This document shows positions 30,301-40,227 of a stretch of DNA of 64,000 nt, piece by piece. The stretch lies in contig OY821641.1 of assembly GCA_963555995.3 (NCBI GenBank), positions 3,104,001 to 3,168,000 of the forward strand. The letters are read 5' to 3'. Position 1 is the stretch's first letter. Each line of letters starts with the position of its first letter. The notes beneath the pieces are model-generated. The model searched no databases, was not told the origin of the DNA, and saw only the letters and a program-made list of their open reading frames with translations. Origin of the DNA: Vicinamibacteria bacterium (GTDB lineage Bacteria; Acidobacteriota; Vicinamibacteria; Marinacidobacterales; Marinacidobacteraceae). The position numbers and the translations under genes were made by a program.

Positions 30301-30814
30301 CCCGGTTGACCCCGGGGATCGTCTCCAGGTCTTCCTGGATGTCCTCGGCGACCTCGGTGAGCCGCTGGCTCCCCACCGGACCCGAAAGCGTGATCATCAT
30401 GATCGGGACCTGGGAGAAATCAACGTCCTGGACGCGGGGGTCCTCCGCTTCGGGGGGCAGATCCGGTTTGGCGAGGTCCACCTTCTCGCGCACGCTCGCC
30501 AGCGCCGTCTCGAGGTCTGTCTCCGGGTTGAACTCCACCGAGATGTTCGAGAACCCCTCGCTGGTCGTGGAGCTGATCTCCTTGATCCCCGAGACCGCCT
30601 GCAGCTCCGTCTCGATCGGCCGGGTCACCAGCGTCTCCATGTCGGTCGGACTGACCCCGGGATAGACCGTGTACACGACGATGAAGGGGACCTTCACCTC
30701 GGGGAAGGACTCCCGCGGCATGGAGACGTACACCCCCGTCCCGCCGAGACAGAGGATGAGGATCAGGAAATAGACCGACAGCCGGTGCCGGATCGCGTAC
30801 TTGGTGATGTTCAC
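27395..30814 (-). CDS. RND efflux transporter permease (AcrB/MdtB family)
   Basis: PRESFP, GMLVDNAVVIVENI, GIVVNNAI, RLRPVLLT. Confidence 0.95.
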   Translation of the reverse strand: MNITKYAIRHRLSVYFLILILCLGGTGVYVSMPRESFPEVKVPFIVVYTVYPGVSPTDMETLVTRPIETELQAVSGIKEISSTTSEGFSNISVEFNPETDLETALASVREKVDLAKPDLPPEAEDPRVQDVDFSQVPIMMITLSGPVGSQRLTEVAEDIQEDLETIPGVNRANVIGGRVREVHVQVDPKRLAFFELSLSDVVVAVARENRNVPGGEVAVGGLEYLVRLPAEVRQPSEIEDFVIKVRDGEPVFVRDVADVVFGFEDQTSRSRVDREPSVTLSVEKRTGANLVGVADLVNAELDRWDEMLPEGISTAVVGDISVEIRRMVNELENNVISGLLLVVGCLMAFVGLRNSFFVGVAIPLSMLASFLVLGWIGYTLNMMVLFSLILMLGMLVDNAVVIVENIYRHREHGDAGPDAAYEATAEVARPVIASTITTLCAFSPLLIWPGIIGDFMSYLPVTLIIGLSMSLVVALIINPTLCAHLMKPPRRAAPRDRSREHPFRRAYRRLLEWSLRPGRDAGTRSWFLRNWALPAAFVVFLGLGMGLALAGMFFQTNALLPVVAGLAGIGVLAFALQGVAWFVWSLVRRPFGWTPYLTDHRSGWIWMMCAVLVATVGVYSVVGKGVELFPEVEPRQITIDVETPGGSSLDSSDAVVRRIEELTTGTVDMKHQVANVGSTGVSMGPGGGGGGSPNRSQVSLYLEERSDREVRNTFTTMEVVRRGLADIVGANIKVDAPQDGPPTGAPVSVRILGEELDEIERLADEVKTRIRGIPGLVNLDDDLEGGKPELRVEVDREEAMRSGVNTQVIAATVQTGILGAEASKYRVGEDEHDIRVRLAPEARRSLDDIGELTVPDEDGIPVPIRTVAELKHGVGPAAVRRVDLNRVATIEGDVVRDSGRTEASVREEVAAELDQVVWPPGYRWEFSGANEEELQATAFLSRAFVIALLLILMVLVTQFDSLILPLTIITSVALSVIGVLWGLMLTGTAFGIIMTGIGVISLAGIVVNNAIVLCDFVRQLRERGLSRHDAVVEAGSIRLRPVLLTAVTTVLGLVPLTLGLNIDFFNLSVSTGGESSQFWASMGVAVIFGLTVATVLTLVVVPVTYDSLDGLSEAIANYRAKRHRTLQPAERGALHPAGP

Positions 30815-30824
30815 GGCGTTTGGG

Positions 30825-31949
30825 TCAGTTGTCGGCGGTCCCGGCCACCACCCGCACCGGCTGGCCGTCCAGCAGGTTCCGGTGCCCGTCGGTAATGAGC
30901 GTTTCCCCGATCTCGATGCCGGAGACGATCACCACCCGGTCGCCCTCGTCCGGCCCGAGCGTCACCGCCCGCATGGCCGCGCTCCCGTCCTCCAGCACGA
31001 AGGCGTGCAGGAACCCGTCGCGCTCCACCAGCGCGTCGCGGGCGACCACCACCGCGTCCTCGAACACCCGCCGTTGCAGCCGCGTCCGCACGATCAGCCC
31101 GGAGCGCAGCACGCCGTCCGGGTTGGCGACTTCGACCTCGGCCTGGAAGTTCCGTCCGGGGCTGGTCGCGCTCGGCGCGATGTAGGAGATCCGGCCCGCG
31201 AAGGACCGGTCGGGATAGGCGTCCATGCTGATCTCCGCCGGACTGCCCACGGCGAAGAAGGCGATGTCGGTCTCCGGGATGCCGATGGTGGCGCGCAGCA
31301 CCGAGGTGTCGTGGAGCACGGCCACCGGACTCCCGGGGCCCAGGATCTCGCCCGGTTCGATGTCCCGCCGCACGATCACCCCGGACGCCGGGGCGTGGAT
31401 CTCCGAGCGGGCGAGGCGCAGCCGCGCCGTCTCGACGCGGGCCTCGAAGCGCTTGAGGTTCACCTCCGCCCCCAGGAAGTCCTGCTTCGGACTCGCCTCG
31501 CGCTCGACGAGCATCTTCGCCTGCGTGTAGTCCAGTTGCGCCCCTTCGAGTTCCGCCTCGGACTCGGCCAGCGCCGACCGCAGCAGGTCCGAACCGACCC
31601 GGGCCAGCAGCGCCCCCGCCGCCACCCGGTCGCCCTTGTCGAAGCGCACCTCCTCGACCGCGCCTCCGAGTTCGGAGGAGACCAGCACCTCCGCGCGCGG
31701 CTCCAGCCGCCCGGAGATCTCCAGCACGTCGGTCAGGGAGTCGGCGACGATGGGCGCGGTCGCCACCACCGGCCGCATGTCGGCGGCCTCTGTGGCAGCG
31801 GCCCCCGGCTCGGCGGCGTAGCCGTCGTCCTGGCCGCAGCCGGCGGCGGCGAGCGCGAGCAGCGCCGCGGCGGCAAGGACAGGCAGCCCCTCGCGGCGGC
31901 GGAAAGGCCGGGCGCCGGACGGCGCCTTCCGGTGGGCGGTGCGGTTCAC
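30825..31949 (-). CDS. RND periplasmic adaptor (membrane fusion protein)
   Basis: Lipobox AAGC; lipoyl half motif GAVEEVRFDKGDRV; IHAPASG. Confidence 0.93.
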   Translation of the reverse strand: MNRTAHRKAPSGARPFRRREGLPVLAAAALLALAAAGCGQDDGYAAEPGAAATEAADMRPVVATAPIVADSLTDVLEISGRLEPRAEVLVSSELGGAVEEVRFDKGDRVAAGALLARVGSDLLRSALAESEAELEGAQLDYTQAKMLVEREASPKQDFLGAEVNLKRFEARVETARLRLARSEIHAPASGVIVRRDIEPGEILGPGSPVAVLHDTSVLRATIGIPETDIAFFAVGSPAEISMDAYPDRSFAGRISYIAPSATSPGRNFQAEVEVANPDGVLRSGLIVRTRLQRRVFEDAVVVARDALVERDGFLHAFVLEDGSAAMRAVTLGPDEGDRVVIVSGIEIGETLITDGHRNLLDGQPVRVVAGTADN

Positions 31950-33505
31950 CGTTCTTCCTCCTGTCCGGGGGTAGCGTCCCCGGCGTCCGCAGCGTCCGCC
32001 GCGCGGGCGGGCGCCCGGTCCGCGATCACCGCGTGCGGAGCGTTCGCGGAGTAGCCGACGAGATACTTGAGCTCCGCCAGCGCGTTCAGCGCGTCGTGGG
32101 TGTGGCGCGCCCGCTCCAGCTCCACGTCGCGGCGGGCCTGCGCGGTCTCCATCACGAGGTAGGCGGTGGCCGCTCCGGCCGTCAGCTCCTCGCCCGCGAC
32201 CCGTTCCGCTTCGACGGCCTCTTCGAGCGCGAGCGTCGCCTCCTCGATGGCGGTGAGCGCCGCCTCCCAGTTCGCGGTGGCGTTCCGCAGCGTCACTTCG
32301 AGGGTGGCCTCGTACTCGTTCTGCTCCCAGTCGTTCTGGGTGCGCTGCGACCGGAGGCTCGCCACCCGCGAGCCGCTGCCGAACCCGTCGAAGAGGTTCC
32401 AGGTCAGCGAGACCCCGGCGTTCCAGTTGTGGAGTTCAAGGTCGTAGGTGTTCTCGAAGGCGAAGGTGTTGATCCCGTAGGAGGCGTTCGCCCGGACCTC
32501 CGGGCGCGCGTCGGCGAGCGCCAGGCTCGTCTGGGCGTCGAGCAGCTCGCGGTCGAGCCCGAACTGGCGGAGCGTCGGGCGCTGCTGGCCCGCCAGCTCC
32601 ATGAGCGCCTCGGCGGGCAGCACCCGCGGCAGCGGATCGGGCAGCTCCAGCGCGTCGAGGACCTCGATGGCCTTCGACTGCTCGCGGCCCACCAGCGCGT
32701 TGATGCCGGCGCGCTCCACGGTCAGCACGTCCTCCGCGTCCGCCAGTTGGCGCCGCAGCCGGGAGACCTGCACCCGCGCGCGCAGCACGTCGAGCCGCGC
32801 CCCCGCCCCGAGTTCGAGCCGGTCGCGGGCGATTTCCAGCCCTCGTTCGCCGGTCTCGACCGCCTGCCGCAGCACGTCGCGGGTGCGCAGTCCGAGGAGG
32901 TAGGCGTGGAGGCGGTTCACGGTGTCCCGCGCGATCCGGTTCTGCGTCTCCTGGAGGTCGGCTTCGACGCGCTGGCGTCCCACCTCGACTCCGCGGAGCG
33001 CGGGGCGCAGGCCGAAGCTCCACACCACCTGCGAGAGCTGGAGGTTCCACAGGTAGGTGCCAAAGGTGAAGGCGCCGCCGAAGTCGCCCACGTCCCCGCC
33101 GCCGAAGGGCGCGGCGTCGGGATCGTCAATGAGCCGCGAGAAGAAGGGGCTGTTGCGGAATCCGGGGTCGCGGGTCTGGGCGGCCTGCAGGTTCAAATTC
33201 AACTGCGGCAGGTAGGGCGAACGCGCCTCCCGCACCAGGCTGGGAAACTCGCCCAGCCGCTCGCGCTGGAGCCGCACCTCGGGGTGCAGTTCGGAAGCCA
33301 CCTCCACCGCCTGGGCGATGGTGAAGGCGAGCGTCTCCTGCGCCAGCAGGTCCCGGTACTGGTCGAGCACCCGGTCGGCAATGGCGGTTTCCCGTTGCTC
33401 TCCCGCGGTCTGCGCGACGGCCGCCACCGGCGCGAGGGCGATCAGCAACGTCGTGACGCCCCACGCTTTCCACCGGCGGCCGCCACGCGCATCGAGAGAT
33501 TTCAT
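31946..33505 (-). CDS. TolC-family outer membrane efflux protein
   Basis: Signal peptide, YLPQLNL, LTWNLFDG, helical repeats; GGAG RBS before ATG 33505. Confidence 0.92.
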   Translation of the reverse strand: MKSLDARGGRRWKAWGVTTLLIALAPVAAVAQTAGEQRETAIADRVLDQYRDLLAQETLAFTIAQAVEVASELHPEVRLQRERLGEFPSLVREARSPYLPQLNLNLQAAQTRDPGFRNSPFFSRLIDDPDAAPFGGGDVGDFGGAFTFGTYLWNLQLSQVVWSFGLRPALRGVEVGRQRVEADLQETQNRIARDTVNRLHAYLLGLRTRDVLRQAVETGERGLEIARDRLELGAGARLDVLRARVQVSRLRRQLADAEDVLTVERAGINALVGREQSKAIEVLDALELPDPLPRVLPAEALMELAGQQRPTLRQFGLDRELLDAQTSLALADARPEVRANASYGINTFAFENTYDLELHNWNAGVSLTWNLFDGFGSGSRVASLRSQRTQNDWEQNEYEATLEVTLRNATANWEAALTAIEEATLALEEAVEAERVAGEELTAGAATAYLVMETAQARRDVELERARHTHDALNALAELKYLVGYSANAPHAVIADRAPARAADAADAGDATPGQEEER

Positions 33506-33709
33506 CGGTTCTCCTTTCGACGGTTTCCGTCCTTCCGCCGGGCCGGATCGGGCACGCTCCGGGGGCGGCAGGAGATCTCCTCCCTGTCCGGCCGCGGCCG
33601 GTTCCCCCGGCCCGGACCCCACCAGCCATCAGAGCCACGCACGATCAGGTACTCGGCATCAACGATCCAGACCGTCCGCGTGTTCCACCGAAACTCTAGC
33701 CCGCCTTAA

Positions 33710-33888
33710 CAGCCTGTGGACAAAGTCACGCGGCAATCGAACGCCGATGCATCCCGCCTGAACCGCGCCTCTACGAGGCGCTCTGCGTTGCGTTTCGGTC
33801 GGAATACACCCGGTATTCCTCCCTCACGCGCCTTGTCAGCCGGGCGCCTCGGCGTTCTCGGTGCTCACGTCACTTTATCCACAGGCTG
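33710..33888. mobile_element. 179-bp MITE with 17-bp terminal inverted repeats, flanked by TTAA
   Basis: TTAA|CAGCCTGTGGACAAAGT ... ACTTTATCCACAGGCTG|TTAA (16/17 match); internal GGAATAC-ACCCG-GTATTCC hairpin. Confidence 0.8.
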
Positions 33889-33914
33889 TTAAGCCTCCCC
33901 GATGGCGCCCCCGC

Positions 33915-34057
33915 CTTGGAACCCCGCCCTCCAGACCGGCACACGCCCCGCAGGCCCGCAAAGCGCGGCGGGCTGCACGCCCTGATGGCGCCCCCGCCTT
34001 GGAACGCCGGTCTCCAGACCGGCACCGCGGCGCTCCGCGCCGCGCACGGCGCAACGC
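33915..34057 (+). repeat. Tandem REP-like palindromes (first degenerate)
   Basis: GATGGCGCCCCCGCCTTGGAA prefix repeated at about 33901 and 33985, each followed by a REP hairpin. Confidence 0.75.
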
Positions 34058-34384
34058 CGGGCGGCCGAGCGGCGCCACCGGCCTGGACACCGGACCCGCC
34101 ACGGCGACCTGTTCCTCCCGGAGATCTGGTCACTGCGACAGGTTCCCCGCGATCCGACTCGCTACTGCTACATGTTCACGTGAATTCCGGCTACTGCGAC
34201 ATGTAGCTTTCGAAGGCCCCGCATCGAGAGACACCCGGATTCACGCAGTCCGAAGACACCAACCTCTACGCCCTCGTGATCACGGGAGACGTTGCGCCGT
34301 TCCGCTGCGCTCTGCGCAGCGGGCGCCGCGTGAAGCCGGCGGTCCCGCCGGTGCGACATCAGGGTTGACTGCGTTACACGGCCC

Positions 34385-34645
34385 CGGTGGACCGGGCCGT
34401 GCGCGTCGTCAGGATGGATGGGGGTTTCGACGTGCGCGGCGCGGAGCGCCGCGGTGCCGGTCTGGAGACCGGCGTTCCAAGCCGGGTGCGACATCGGGGC
34501 ATACAGCCCTACGCGCTTGGCGGGCCCGCGGCCACGGTGGACCGGGCCGTGCGCGTCGTCAGGATGGATGGGGGTTTCGACGTGCGCGGCGCGGAGCGCC
34601 GCGGTGCCGGTCTGGAGACCGGCGTTCCAAGCCGGTGCGACATCC
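34385..34645. repeat. 150-bp-period tandem duplication containing a REP
   Basis: About 100 bp identical from CGGTGGACCGGGCCGTG at 34385 and 34535. Confidence 0.9.
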
Positions 34646-34779
34646 GGGCGTACGGCCCTGCGCGCTTTGCGGGCCGGCGTTCCAGGCTGTACGGGGCATT
34701 TCCCTCTGCTACAGTCGCGCGCCCACAAGGCCCGGTCCTCTGGCGCAGCGCGTAGCCGGCCCCGTGCCGGCGTCCCTGC

Positions 34780-35718
<939 letters not shown>

Positions 35719-35722
35719 ACCC

Positions 35723-36772
35723 ATGCCTACGAACGCGACACCGCCCCGCCCCGTCACGGTGGCTTTCTGCGAACACCCTCCCGACTTCGTCCGCCAGATG
35801 GCGTCCCAGGCGCTTGCGGGATTCGACCTGCGGATCCCCGAGAGCGACGCGCGCCGGGACGTCGAGGCGGCCGTCGCCGGCGGTGACGTGCTGATCGCCA
35901 GAAAACGGCGCATCGGCTCCCGCGAAATGGACTGCGCCCAGCCGTCGCTCATCATCGCGCTCGGCCGGAACCCGATCTCGGTGAGCCTCCGGGCGGCGGC
36001 GAAACGCTCCATCCCGGTGACCGCCATCCCCCATCCCGGCGCCATCGCGGTCGCCGACCACACCCTGGGGCTCCTGCTGGCGGTGGCCCGCCGCATCGTG
36101 GAGGGCGACGACGGCGTACGGGCCGGGGCCTACCGGGAACGGGGCCTCGAACCGGCGGTCACCACGGAACGCCTCTTCGCCTTCAACTGGCTGGGCCGGA
36201 AGGACGCCTTCATCCTCGACGGCCTCGAACTGGGGCTCGTCGGGTTCGGGGCGATCGGCCAGGAGGTGGCGCGCCGCGCGCTCGGCTTCGGGATGCGGGT
36301 CCGCTACCACCAGCGCCAGTTGCTGCAGGCGGGGTGGAACCGGCGGCTCGGGGTGGAGGCGGTCTCCTTCTTCGAAGAGCTGCTGGAGACCAGCGACGTC
36401 CTCAGCCTCCACATCCCCCACACCCCCCAGACCGAGGATCTGCTCGACGGCGCGCGGCTCGACCGGATGAAGCCGGGGGCGATCCTCGTCAACACCGCGC
36501 GGGGCGGCCTCGTGGACGAGGCGGCGCTCGCGGAGCGGCTCCGGGACGGCCGGCTCGGCGGCGCCGGGCTCGACGTGTTCCGGGAGGAGCCCCTGCCCCA
36601 CGACCATCCCTTCGTGAACACCCCGCGGCTCGTGCTCGCCCCCCACACCGGCGGGGCGGGCGCGGGCGGCCAGCGGGAACTCTTCGTCCGGGTCGCCGCC
36701 GCGATCCGGGAACACGCTGCCCGCACGGACGGAACCGGTCGGACGGAAACCGGGAAAGAGCAGACCCCATGA
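35723..36772 (+). CDS. D-isomer-specific 2-hydroxyacid dehydrogenase
   Basis: GFGAIG, NTARG, DVFREEP, PHTGG. Confidence 0.9.
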   Translation: MPTNATPPRPVTVAFCEHPPDFVRQMASQALAGFDLRIPESDARRDVEAAVAGGDVLIARKRRIGSREMDCAQPSLIIALGRNPISVSLRAAAKRSIPVTAIPHPGAIAVADHTLGLLLAVARRIVEGDDGVRAGAYRERGLEPAVTTERLFAFNWLGRKDAFILDGLELGLVGFGAIGQEVARRALGFGMRVRYHQRQLLQAGWNRRLGVEAVSFFEELLETSDVLSLHIPHTPQTEDLLDGARLDRMKPGAILVNTARGGLVDEAALAERLRDGRLGGAGLDVFREEPLPHDHPFVNTPRLVLAPHTGGAGAGGQRELFVRVAAAIREHAARTDGTGRTETGKEQTP

Positions 36773-37827
36773 CCAACCAACACCAGCCACTCACCGTCGG
36801 GCCGGTCGCCTGTCCGCCGGGCGAACGCGCCACCGGGTTCGTTCCCGCCGTCGAGCGGGTGGACGGGACCCCGCTCGGGTTTCCGGTCCTCATCGCGAAC
36901 GGCGCCCGGCCGGGTCCGGTGCTGCTCGTTGACGGCGGCATCCACGGCGACGAACAGGAAGGGACGCTGGCGGTGGCCGAGTTCGTCAACGAACTCGACC
37001 CGGGCGCCCTGACCGGCGCGGTGGTCGCGGTGCCGCTGATGAACGTCGGCGCCTTCGAGGCGATGGCGCGCGGCAACCCCCGCGACACCCACAGCCACGA
37101 CATGAACCGGATCTACCCGGGGAACCCGAGCGGGTACCTCACCGACCGCATCGCCGCCACCCACGCGGAGACGGCCGCCGCGGTCGCCGACATCGAGATC
37201 ACCTTCCACTCCGGCGGCAACATCTGCTACCTCGGCGAGACGATCTTCACGACCTCGAACGACCCGCTCGGGCTGGAGCTCGCCCAGGCGATGGGGCCGG
37301 ACTGGACCATCGTGCTGGACACCCCGCATCCCGCCGGCTCCCCGATGGCGGCCATGACCCCGAACGGCAAGCCGGCCATCACGGTGGAACTCGGGGGGAG
37401 CGCCGGGACGATGCCGGGGGTGTTCCGCGAGAACGTGGACATCCTGAAGCGCGCCATCGGGAACGTCTGCCGCCACTACGGGATGCTGGAAGGCGCAGCC
37501 GCGTTCGCGCCGAAGCTCTGGCGCGGGCGGCAGAACGTGCTGCGCGCCAGCCGCAGCGGGATCCTGAGCCCGGCGGCCGGCGAGGCGGGCGACCACCTGA
37601 AGCGGCCCATCCGCAAGGGGCAGACCCTGCTGCGCATCCATGACCTGCTCGGGAACCCGGTCGAGGACCTGAACGCCCCCTGCGACGGCGTGCTCTTCGG
37701 GTTCCGCACCCATCCCTCGACGACCGCGGGAGACTGGACGCTCTTCTGCGGGGAGGCTGAGTTCGTGGCGGTCGAACCGCCCCAAAGCCGGAAACAAAGG
37801 TCGCGCGAGCCGGGGAGCGCCCCATGA
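36769..37827 (+). CDS. Succinylglutamate desuccinylase/aspartoacylase (M14) family deacylase
   Basis: IHGDE zinc motif, DMNR, FHSGG, VELGG; ATG overlaps upstream stop. Confidence 0.88.
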   Translation: MTNQHQPLTVGPVACPPGERATGFVPAVERVDGTPLGFPVLIANGARPGPVLLVDGGIHGDEQEGTLAVAEFVNELDPGALTGAVVAVPLMNVGAFEAMARGNPRDTHSHDMNRIYPGNPSGYLTDRIAATHAETAAAVADIEITFHSGGNICYLGETIFTTSNDPLGLELAQAMGPDWTIVLDTPHPAGSPMAAMTPNGKPAITVELGGSAGTMPGVFRENVDILKRAIGNVCRHYGMLEGAAAFAPKLWRGRQNVLRASRSGILSPAAGEAGDHLKRPIRKGQTLLRIHDLLGNPVEDLNAPCDGVLFGFRTHPSTTAGDWTLFCGEAEFVAVEPPQSRKQRSREPGSAP

Positions 37828-38975
37828 TCGCCCAGCCGCTGCTGCTGCTCGCCTTCCTGCTGCTGATCATCGCGGCGGCGCGGCAGGCGGAGGAGCGCTT
37901 TCCCGTCATCCAGAAGATCAGCTCCGCCGTCGTCTGCACGCTGCTCGGCATCCTGCTCGCGAACGTCGGGCTCATCCCGCGCGGCGGCGAGTTCATGGGT
38001 TCGCTGTCGCGCTACGCGATCCCCTACGCGATCGTGCTCTTCGTGCTCTCGACCCGGCTGGCCGACCTGAAGACCGCCGGACCCCGCATGGTGGTGGGCT
38101 TCGGGATCGCGGGGTTCGGCACCTTCGTGGGCGCCTTCACCGCCAGCCTGCTCTTCGCCGGGCTCCTCGGGCCCGAGACCTGGAAGCTCGGCGGCACCTT
38201 CGCCGGCGCCTTCTGGGGCGGCGGCCTCAACTTCGCGGCGGTCGGCCAGGGGCTCGAGATGACCCCCAGCCTCTTCGCGGGCGCCTTCGTGGTGGACAAC
38301 CTCTCGACGGTGCCCTGGATGCTCGGGCAGGTCGCGCTCGCCTCGGCGCTTGCGGGGGTCTTCCTGCGGCGGGCGAAACCCGACGCGCTGGACGCCGCGG
38401 CCGACGACTCCGAGGTGGACACCGACGCGCTGCGGCGCACCTGGACCGAGGGCTCGATCTCGATCACCCATCTCGCCATCCTGGCGGCCATCCCCCTGCT
38501 CGCGCTGGTCGCCGCCGGGCAGTTCGCCCGGGTGCTTCCCGGCGTGCCGGAAGTGCTCTGGCTGACGACGATCGCGCTGGTCCTGGGGCAGGTGCCGGCC
38601 ATCCAGCGTCTGAGCGGTTCCGCGATGCTCTCCTATTTCGCCCTCCACCTCTTCTTCATCGTGATCGGCGCCGGCTCCGACGTGCGGGAGGTGGTGGCGG
38701 CGGGGCCGTGGCTGTTCTTCTACATGATCCTGATCATCCTGATCCACGCCGCCGTGCTCTACGGGCTCGGCTGGCTCCTCCGCTTCGACCTGGCGACCAT
38801 CACCCTGTCGAGCCAGGCCGCGGTGGGCGGACCGGGATCGGCGCTCGCCCTCGGGATGGCGCTCAAGTGGAAGCACCGGATCGCCCCGGCGGTCATCATG
38901 GGGATCTTCGGCTACGGGTTCGGGAACTACCTGGGGTTTGGCACGGCCTACCTGCTCCGGGGAGTGCTGCCGTGA
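37824..38975 (+). CDS. DUF819-family multi-pass membrane protein (putative transporter)
   Basis: About 10 TM segments; WGGGLNF and SQAAVGGPGSA motifs. Confidence 0.85.
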   Translation: MIAQPLLLLAFLLLIIAAARQAEERFPVIQKISSAVVCTLLGILLANVGLIPRGGEFMGSLSRYAIPYAIVLFVLSTRLADLKTAGPRMVVGFGIAGFGTFVGAFTASLLFAGLLGPETWKLGGTFAGAFWGGGLNFAAVGQGLEMTPSLFAGAFVVDNLSTVPWMLGQVALASALAGVFLRRAKPDALDAAADDSEVDTDALRRTWTEGSISITHLAILAAIPLLALVAAGQFARVLPGVPEVLWLTTIALVLGQVPAIQRLSGSAMLSYFALHLFFIVIGAGSDVREVVAAGPWLFFYMILIILIHAAVLYGLGWLLRFDLATITLSSQAAVGGPGSALALGMALKWKHRIAPAVIMGIFGYGFGNYLGFGTAYLLRGVLP

Positions 38976-39000
38976 GAATCCAGGATCGCCGATCCGTCTC

Positions 39001-39306
39001 GGAGCGCCAGCCTCCGGCTGGCCCAGTCCTCCCGGTGGGGGCCGCGCGGAAGCGCGAAACCCGCGCTGTCGGCGCCCCTCCCCGTGAGCGCGAGGCGCAC
39101 GTTCGGCCAGGTCAACCAGCGAGGTTGCGCCGCCGACTGGGAGCGCCGGTCTTCAGACCGGCACGCGCTGCGCGAGCGCGCAGCGCACGGCACGACGCTG
39201 GCCGGCGCGGTGGCGCTCTGCTCCCGGTGCATCACCGCCGACAGCGACACGACATCCGCGGGCCTTCGGCCCGCTGTGCCGCTCTGAAGAGCGGCGCTCC
39301 CGGCTG
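39001..39306. repeat. REP variant plus REP-doublet element
   Basis: GGAGCGCCAGCCTCCGGCTGGC at 39001; doublet 39137-39306 homologous to 60646-60812. Confidence 0.8.
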
Positions 39307-39423
39307 TCGCCGCCGTTCTTGTGCCCGCGGAGTGGGAGGAGGACCCGGTCAGGAGCGTTTCGCCTCCCTTCGGACGGCGATGCGGGCCGGAGGCCGGCGC
39401 TCCGGGAGGGTGGCGCCGGGCTG

Positions 39424-40227
39424 ATGGGCGGAAGACTCCGGGGGCGCCGGGTGCTGGTCACCGGGGCGGCGCGCGGGCTGGGGGCCTCGGCGGCCTGGGG
39501 GCTGGCCGCGGAGGGGGCCGAGTGCATCCTGCTCGACCGCTCGGGCGACGAGCTCCGGGCGACGGTCGAGGCGGCGGCGCGGCGGGGGCCCGGTCCCTTC
39601 CACCCCCTGGTGTGCGATCTCGCCAGCCGGGAGGCGACGCTCGACGCGGCGGCCCGCGCCCGGGAGGCCGCGCGGGGGGACCTCACGCTGCTCGTTCACT
39701 GCGCGGCGGTGTTCCACGTCCGGCCCGTCGAGGAGACGACGGACGCCCAGTGGGACGAGATGGTGGCCGTGAACCTCGCTGCCGCCTTCCTGCTCGTCCG
39801 GGAGTTCATGCCCGAACTCCGGGCCGGGGACGGCGGTTCGGTCCTGCTGACCAGCTCGCGCGCGGGAATCTCCGGATTCGCCGACGAGGCCGGGTACTGC
39901 GCGACCAAGTTCGGGACCGAGGGCCTCGCGAAGGCGCTCGCCGAAGAGTGCGGCGGCGCCGGGATCCTGGCCAACACGATCACGCCGGGGGCGGGGCGCA
40001 TCAAGCCCACCGGCCTCTCGCGAGCCGACGAAGCCGCAATTCCGGAGGCGGAGCGGACCTGGGGGTCTTCGGAAGCGCTGGGTCCGGCATTCGCGGCCTT
40101 CGCCCTGCTGCCCGGCTTCGAGGGCGCCCCGAACGGGCGCCGTTTCGAGGCCGACCGGGTGGCGGACATGGTGCGGAGCCGAGGCATTCCGCTTCCCGGC
40201 GACGGGTGGAAGGAACTCGCCCCATGA
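39424..40227 (+). CDS. Short-chain dehydrogenase/reductase
   Basis: TGAARGLG, SS, YCATK. Confidence 0.88.
   Translation: MGGRLRGRRVLVTGAARGLGASAAWGLAAEGAECILLDRSGDELRATVEAAARRGPGPFHPLVCDLASREATLDAAARAREAARGDLTLLVHCAAVFHVRPVEETTDAQWDEMVAVNLAAAFLLVREFMPELRAGDGGSVLLTSSRAGISGFADEAGYCATKFGTEGLAKALAEECGGAGILANTITPGAGRIKPTGLSRADEAAIPEAERTWGSSEALGPAFAAFALLPGFEGAPNGRRFEADRVADMVRSRGIPLPGDGWKELAP

Noticed and set aside
33713-33883. oriC suggested by TTATCCACA boxes
   Set aside because: Only two boxes, both inside MITE terminal repeats; no AT-rich unwinding element or dnaA/dnaN nearby
34100-34310. Lower-GC stretch that may be a gene remnant
   Set aside because: No recognisable motif or credible start; cannot be supported without a tBLASTx search
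34385-34645. Possible CRISPR array
   Set aside because: Repeat of about 100 bp, only two full copies, spacers related to each other, contains a REP, and no cas genes
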